Positions 58,023-64,000 of a stretch of DNA of 64,000 nucleotides are shown here, piece by piece. A program made the position numbers and the translations under genes. Numbering within the stretch: position 1 is the first letter of the stretch; each line of letters opens with the position of its first letter. The notes below the pieces were generated by a model. That model saw nothing but the letters and a program-made list of their open reading frames with translations, ran no database searches and was not told the origin of the DNA. The stretch spans positions 20,094 through 84,093 of the forward strand of contig JAYQLC010000005.1 of assembly GCA_038142965.1 (NCBI GenBank). Direction: 5' to 3'. Source of the stretch: Candidatus Arcticimaribacter sp. (GTDB lineage: Bacteria > Bacteroidota > Bacteroidia > Flavobacteriales > Flavobacteriaceae).

Positions 58023-58682
58023 TTATGCGTTTAAATAGTGAAAAATTGCTATGAAAATAAACCCTACCGGAATCAAAATAGAAAAAGCAATTGTAAATGA
58101 TTTTAATCCTTTGGTGTATTTATTGTTCAGTCCAACTGACTGGAATGAAGAGCTAAATCCGTGAAGTAAATGTAACATCAAAAATACAAATGAAACGGCA
58201 TAAAACCCTACACGAACTGGGCTAACAAATTTATGAACCATTTCTTCAAAATATCGATTGGGATCTTCAGGAAGAACCTCTATGTATTTGTAATTCATCT
58301 CGGGAAACCAAAAATCATAAAAATGAAGCCCTAAAAACGAAAGCACTACAGCACCTGACCAGATCATATTTCTAGACATCCATGAAGAATTTGCAGAGCC
58401 TTTATTTTCAGCATAATTCTGAGATCTAGAATTCCTGTTTTGATATTCCAAACCAAATCCCATTGTGAAATGAAATAGAACTCCAAAAATAAGTATGGGC
58501 TGCAGTAAAAATTGTACTACGGGATTATTTCCCATAAAATGTGAAACTTGATTGAATATTTCTTCGCTAAAAACTGAAATTAAATTGATAGTGAAATGTT
58601 GCAGTAGAAACACAATCAAAAACAATCCTGAAAGTGCCATCGCATATTTTCTTGCCAAAGATGACTTGATTAATCCGCTCAT
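58023..58682 (-). CDS. sdhC: Succinate dehydrogenase cytochrome b subunit
   Basis: [13 protein letters not shown], five TM segments with heme His, HLLHGF; TAATTTTG -7 element at 58710-58703. Confidence 0.93.
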   Translation of the reverse strand: MSGLIKSSLARKYAMALSGLFLIVFLLQHFTINLISVFSEEIFNQVSHFMGNNPVVQFLLQPILIFGVLFHFTMGFGLEYQNRNSRSQNYAENKGSANSSWMSRNMIWSGAVVLSFLGLHFYDFWFPEMNYKYIEVLPEDPNRYFEEMVHKFVSPVRVGFYAVSFVFLMLHLLHGFSSSFQSVGLNNKYTKGLKSFTIAFSILIPVGFIFIAIFHYLNA

Positions 58683-58845
58683 TAATTTTTATTTAGATAG
58701 TGCAAAATTAAGCTAAAAGGATTTCGAAATAAAATATATGCACCGTTTTTTTAAGTCGTAAACGCGTCTTCTCAAAATCAAGATAAACTGTTTTGCTTTT
58801 TTAACAAAAAACAAGCAATTATTCCTCAAAAAGTTCAACAACAAA

Positions 58846-59740
58846 TTAAAAGAGAAGCCTACACTAACCCCAAAAACTTGGCGGGATTGCATTTTTGCAA
58901 TTGCATTATCATCATACACGAGTTGAATTTCTAGTTGAGTCGATAGATAGTTGTTTATTTTCATATCAATTGTCATAGTGTAATCAAAATCAAAATTCTT
59001 AAACTCCTCCAAATAGTTAGAAATAAGATTAAATTTATTGCGCAAAATTACATTGGGAAGCAAGGGCCACTCACCCTGAGCCGACAATGATAAACCTGCT
59101 TCCCATCGTGTTTGACGATTGGGTTTTATCCCAAAATAGGTTTCTCCTAAAGCTAAGTCTTTTGTGAATTGATCCGATACGTATATTAATCGACCCATTA
59201 AAGGTTCGACTTGGAGGCTGAAGGATTTTGATTTTTTGTAGGTAAATCCGAATCCAAAACGCACGTATAGAGGAGATAAAAAATCTGTGATCTTGGTGCT
59301 TATTTCTTCACCCGAGCTTGCCTCAGAAAAAGAAAAGCCCTCTATCCACTGTGACTTAATGTTTACAGATGATGAGAAACCCCAAGGATTTTCTCCAACA
59401 CGAGCAAATACTGAATTGATTTCTAAATGATCAACTGTTTTTTTGAAGAAATCAGAAGATTCTGTTTTGGTAAAACCAAGTGAAGCGTCAAAAATTGTTG
59501 TCCAATCCCATTCATTTCTCTTGCGAGTTAGTTTATAATCAAAATTTACAATTCCATTGAAACTATTGGTACCTCCTCCTAGCCATTCACCAAAATTTGC
59601 TTGATTAGCCAAAACTCCTATTTTACCCTCTTTTATCCAAAGACTATCTTTTGACTTTTCGTTTTGTGCAAAGACGGTATTTAAAAAGCCTAAAAACAAC
59701 AATCCCAGAAAAAACCCTTGAGATCTAAACAGTTTATTTA
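58846..59740 (-). CDS. DUF3078 family outer-membrane protein (start uncertain; natural stop probably lost to a homopolymer indel)
   Basis: NQANFGEWLGGG, FLSPLY and INNYLSTQ..YDD motifs. Adding one T gives the barrel-type ending VGFSF* near 58846. Confidence 0.75.
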
Positions 59741-62534
59741 ATGTATAAGTCTTTTTTGCTTTTAAGAGTTCCTTTGATAAATAGAACGCTGTATGTGTCT
59801 TTTTCAAGATAATGCTTCCCATTTTTGGCAGCCTTTGAGGGTGATTTTTTATTTCTTTTATTAAAACCTACAATCCCGTTTACATCTTTTTCAAGGCTGT
59901 AATTTACTAGATTAAATCCTGCATCTAGCATTCCTTTTTTTGAGAAAAGTACCAGCCCCTTAGAGTTTTGTATTTGCATTTCATAGTTCCCTGATTTGAG
60001 AGCATAAACTATGAATGTTACCTCAGGTTCGTTGGCATCTCTCCAACTTGAGTATCTACTGCCCCACCTTTCAGAGTATTTTACTTTCTCTGGTTCTAAT
60101 AAAATTAAGCCTTTGCTCAAAAAAGTTTTGTCTACTTTTTGAAATGCAGTCAAATCTGCTTTATAAATAGATCGCCCATGAGTTCCAACCAAGAGGTGAT
60201 TTTCTTCGGGTTGAATTACTAAATCATGAACTGCTGCATTAGTTAATCCACTTTCAAAAGGCATCCATTCTTCTCCCTGATCAAAAGATACATGAACAGA
60301 ATTGTCGGTTCCCAAATAGAGTATTTGACTGTTAATAGGATCTTCTCGAATAACATTTACAGGATCATCTGGAAGATTTGAGCTAATTGAGTTCCACGTT
60401 TCACCTTTGTCATCACTCTTGTATACGTAGGGTTTAAAGTCATCGTTACGATAACCGTTTAAGGTAAGGTAAACACGGTTTTTGGCGTGCTTGGATGCAA
60501 TTACTCTACTTGCCCATAAGTTTTGAGGCAATTGATCTGAAATACGGCTCCAACTTACACCACCGTCCTCGGATCGGGATACAATCCCATCATCGCTTCC
60601 GGTATACAAAAAGCCAAATTTAAATGGTGATTCTGTAATTGTGGTAAGGGTTCCAAAAGCGACATTTCCTTTCTTACCTCCCTGGGTTAAATCGTCCGAA
60701 ATAGCTTCCCAATCATCTCCTTGATTCATGGATCTGTGAAGTTTATTTCCTCCTAGATAGAGGATGTCTTGATTGTGATGAGATAATAAGATTGGTGTTT
60801 GCCAATTAAAACGATAGGGAGATTCTCCCAATTCATGTTTAGGTTGAATATAAGTTCTTGTTTCCTTTTCAAGGTCTAAACGAAAGTAGTTTCCAAATTG
60901 ATTTCCAGTATAGACGATATTGCTGTTTCTTTTGTCAATCTGAATTTGCATCCCATCTCCACCCATAATCGAAGTCCATGGATTATGCCCAGAAGCATGC
61001 CAGCGCTCGTCATCACGAGCATTATGTGCTCCTTTCCAAACACCATTGTCTTGCAGCCCACCATATACGTTGTATGGCTTTTCGTGATCAATATTAATTG
61101 CATAAAATTGTCCAACTGCTGTAGAATTATTTTTCATCCAATGTTCCCCATCATCATAGGTAATATTCACTCCACCGTCATTTCCATTTATCAAATGACC
61201 GGGTTTATCTGGATTGATCCAGAGTGCATGGTGATCAGAATGAACATTTGGTTTTCCAATAGCTTTAAAATTTTCTCCTCCATCGTTTGAGGTTAAAATG
61301 GGAACCCCATAAATGTATATTTTGTTGGGATCCTTTGGAGCTACATGAATATGTCCAAAATAATATCCGTAACTGTAATAAAGGTCATCGATAAACCCCT
61401 TGTGGGTTTTGGCCCACGATGTTCCTCCGTCTAAACTTTTAAAAACCTCAGCCCCGACTACTGGAGTGTCAAACAACATTGCATTGGCATCCTCTAAATA
61501 AGTTGCTAAATCTTTGGGGGTTACCAAACCATTTCGAACGCTGTTTTTAAGGCTTGCTGCACGATATTTTTCTTGAAAATTATTTTCCTTTTAAAAAAAA
61601 GGTCTAAAACTTTATCTTCCAAGACCAAAAATGCCTCTTTAGTAATTTTCTTAAAATCATCTTTTGAAAGTCCTTTTGATTTTTCTTTTGCTTCCTCAGG
61701 ACGTCTGAACTGAGAATCGTGTATAGCATAAATTGTATTTTCATCATAAACTGCCAGCCCTATTCTACCAACACCTTCACCTCTTGGAAAACCACTGTTT
61801 GCTGTTGAAATTAAATTCCATGATTTTCCAGCATCCAGACTTTTATAAATTCCTGATGACTCACCACTGCCTCTGAAATTCCATGCTTTTCTATCTTTTT
61901 CCCATGCGGCAGCATATTGTATATTGAAATCTCCTGGTACCATGCTCATATCAATGATACCCGTGGTATCATTTACAAACAAAGCTTGCTCCCAACTGTC
62001 TCCGCCATTTTCGGTTCGATAAACCCCGCGCTGCTTGTTAGGAGTGTACAAATGTCCTGTTACCCCAACAACTAACTCTTGGGGATTGCTCGGATTTATT
62101 AAAATTTTCCCAATATGATGACTATCCTCTAATCCTTTTACCTCCCAAGTTTTACCATTATCAGAAGTTTTGAGCATTCCAATTCCTGCATAGGATGACC
62201 GGGAAGAATTATTTTCCCCTGTTCCTACCCATAGGGTTCGGGTTGGCCAGTGCATTGCAATTTCACCAATATTTTGTGTTGGTGCATTGTCAGTTATCGA
62301 TTTGAAACTGATTCCATTATCTACGGTATGCCATATCCCTCCAGATGCGTAGGCGGCATAAAACTCTGTGGGTTCATTTGGGTTGACTTCCAATGCTACT
62401 ATCCTACCACTCATTACCTTTGGCCCAATATTTTCAAAAGGAATGTTTTTAACAATAGAATTTTGAACCGCTACTGTCTGAGCGTTTAAAGTGATTGTAA
62501 AACATAGAACTAAAAAAGAATATACTGATTTCAT
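59734..62534 (-). CDS. BNR/Asp-box (VPS10-like) beta-propeller protein, glycosyl-hydrolase-like; frameshifts near 61520-61600
   Basis: Signal peptide; IGPKVMSGRI; many S.D.G.TW Asp boxes; GGLQDNG; GTHGRS. Confidence 0.88.
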
Positions 62535-62654
62535 AGCTGGGTTTTGTTTTATTTCTTGGTTGATGAAAGTACAAAAAAATACGCTCGAAGAAAAAGAATC
62601 TGCTTTAAGACGTTCTTAGTCAAATTCATATATTTACTGAAAATAATCCAGACT

Positions 62655-63946
62655 ATGCGCTACAACCCTTTACCATCTAGCTTTTATAAAAACACAAGAA
62701 AAGGCTTCATGCATAAAATGAAACCCAACAGCATTGCAGTTTTTAATTCTAACGATATCTATCCTGTTAGCGCAGATAGTACTTTGCCTTTTGAACAACA
62801 TCGTGATCTTTTTTATCTGACGGGAGTTGACCAAGAAGAAACTATCTTACTTCTTTTTCCAGATGCACAAGACCCAAAGATGAGAGAAATTCTTTTTGTT
62901 CGTGAAACCAATGATCATATTGCAGTATGGGAAGGATCAAAGCTGACCAAAAGTCAAGCTACTGATCGTTCTGGAATTCAAACCATTTTTTGGATTCAAG
63001 AATTCGATCGCATTTTGAATCAGCTGAGTGCCTTCAATGATACATTTTATTTCAACACCAACGAACATTACCGACAAGCTGTTGAAACTGAAACCAGAGA
63101 AGATCGTTTTATTAAAAAGTGTAAAGATCAATACCCCGCACATAGAGTTGCCAAAAGCAATCCTATTTTACAAAAGTTAAGATCTATAAAAGCAGACGAA
63201 GAGATTGATCAAATGCAGAAAGCATGTGATATTACAGAAAAAGGGTTCAGGCGTTTATTGAAATTTGTAGAACCGGGGTGTGGGAATATGAAATTGAGGC
63301 CGAACTCGCACATGAATTTATTCGAAATCGTTCCAAGGGTTTTGCTTACACCCCCATAATTGCATCTGGAAACAACGCCAACGTACTTCATTACACCGAA
63401 AATAAAGCTCAGTGTAAAGCTGGAGAACTTATTCTTTTGGATGTTGCTGCAGAGTATGGAAATTACTCAAGTGACTTAACTCGAACAATTCCTGTTTCTG
63501 GTGTTTTTACCGATAGACAAAAAGCGATTTACAACGCAGTTCTTCGAGTAAAAAATGAAGCAACTAAGCTTTTGGTACCCGGAACAATATGGAAAGATTA
63601 TCATGTTGAGGTTGGAAAATTGATGACTTCAGAACTCCTAGGCCTAGGCCTTCTTGACAAGGCTGATGTTCAAAATGAAGATTCTGATCATCCCGCTTAC
63701 AAAAAGTACTTTATGCATGGTACCTCTCATCATATTGGCCTGGATACTCACGATTATGGATTACTTCATTTACCCATGGAAGCCAATATGGTCTTTACCG
63801 TTGAACCTGGAATTTACATTCCTAAAGAAGGTATCGGAATTCGACTAGAAGATGATGTTGTCGTCCAGGCTCATGGAGATCCGATTAATTTAATGGGGAA
63901 TATTCCTATTGAAATAGACGAGATTGAGGATTTGATGAGAAAGTAA
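62655..63946 (+). CDS. pepP: Xaa-Pro aminopeptidase (aminopeptidase P); frameshift near 63275
   Basis: AMP_N region DLFYLTG; LHY, DVAAE..SDLTRT, HGTSHHIGLDTHD, EPGIY and GIRLEDD motifs. Confidence 0.92.
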
Positions 63947-63948
63947 TT

Positions 63949-64000
63949 TTAGTGACAGCCACAATCTGTCCCACAGTCTTTATCTTTTTTGGCGCAAAAA
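63949..64000 (-). CDS. 3' end of a small Cys-rich protein (FeoB-associated Cys-rich peptide-like), partial
   Basis: Minus-strand frame reads ...KKDKDCGTDCGCH* with the stop at 63951-63949. Confidence 0.6.
   Translation of the reverse strand, partial: FCAKKDKDCGTDCGCH

Noticed and set aside
58713-59822. N- and C-terminal extensions of the DUF3078 ORF overlapping its neighbours
   Set aside because: The C-terminal tail is explained by one missing T before a natural stop near 58846. The N-terminal part overlaps the upstream BNR gene and is probably not translated.

Overview
AT-rich, gene-dense chromosomal segment from a Bacteroidota bacterium, most likely Flavobacteriaceae, judged from gene content and TAnnTTTG -7 promoter elements. 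About half the genes, including essential ones, are broken by 1-bp indels mostly in homopolymer runs. I read this as unpolished long-read error and re-joined the fragments into whole genes. In order: (1) a putative phosphate-acquisition locus (Asp/Gly-rich lipoprotein, TonB-dependent receptor, OprO/P porin, long PiT transporter, and a convergent MORN-variant gene missed by the ORF track), with 11-bp-spaced TTAAC-like direct repeats upstream; (2) class Ia ribonucleotide reductase nrdB-nrdA, where nrdA lacks about 124 codons that normally include a catalytic cysteine; (3) housekeeping genes (DUF3109, MarC, S41 protease, dCMP deaminase, OYE, HupE/UreJ, TerB-DnaJ, bacilliredoxin, PlsC, crotonase, histidine kinase); (4) a divergent heme cluster, hemJ-MATE-hemH-araC versus hemACDEF-antiporter-hemB, with a Fur-box-like palindrome; (5) an Ig/DM13 lipoprotein plus beta-barrel pair; (6) a 4-hydroxyproline catabolic operon with an embedded DUF885 metallopeptidase-like lipoprotein; (7) ogt, serine hydrolase, exonuclease, ABC ATPase, AKR, OmpA/MotB, xth, glyQS, comF, Ig-like lipoprotein, amidohydrolase, glpK, sterol desaturase, sdhCAB, DUF3078, BNR/VPS10 protein, pepP and the 3' end of a Cys-rich peptide gene. 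I saw no rRNA, tRNA, CRISPR array or mobile element. The best candidates for under-described systems are the DUF885-containing hydroxyproline operon, the phosphate lipoprotein/TBDR/MORN module and the DM13 lipoprotein/barrel pair. All family assignments are by motif recognition, not database search.
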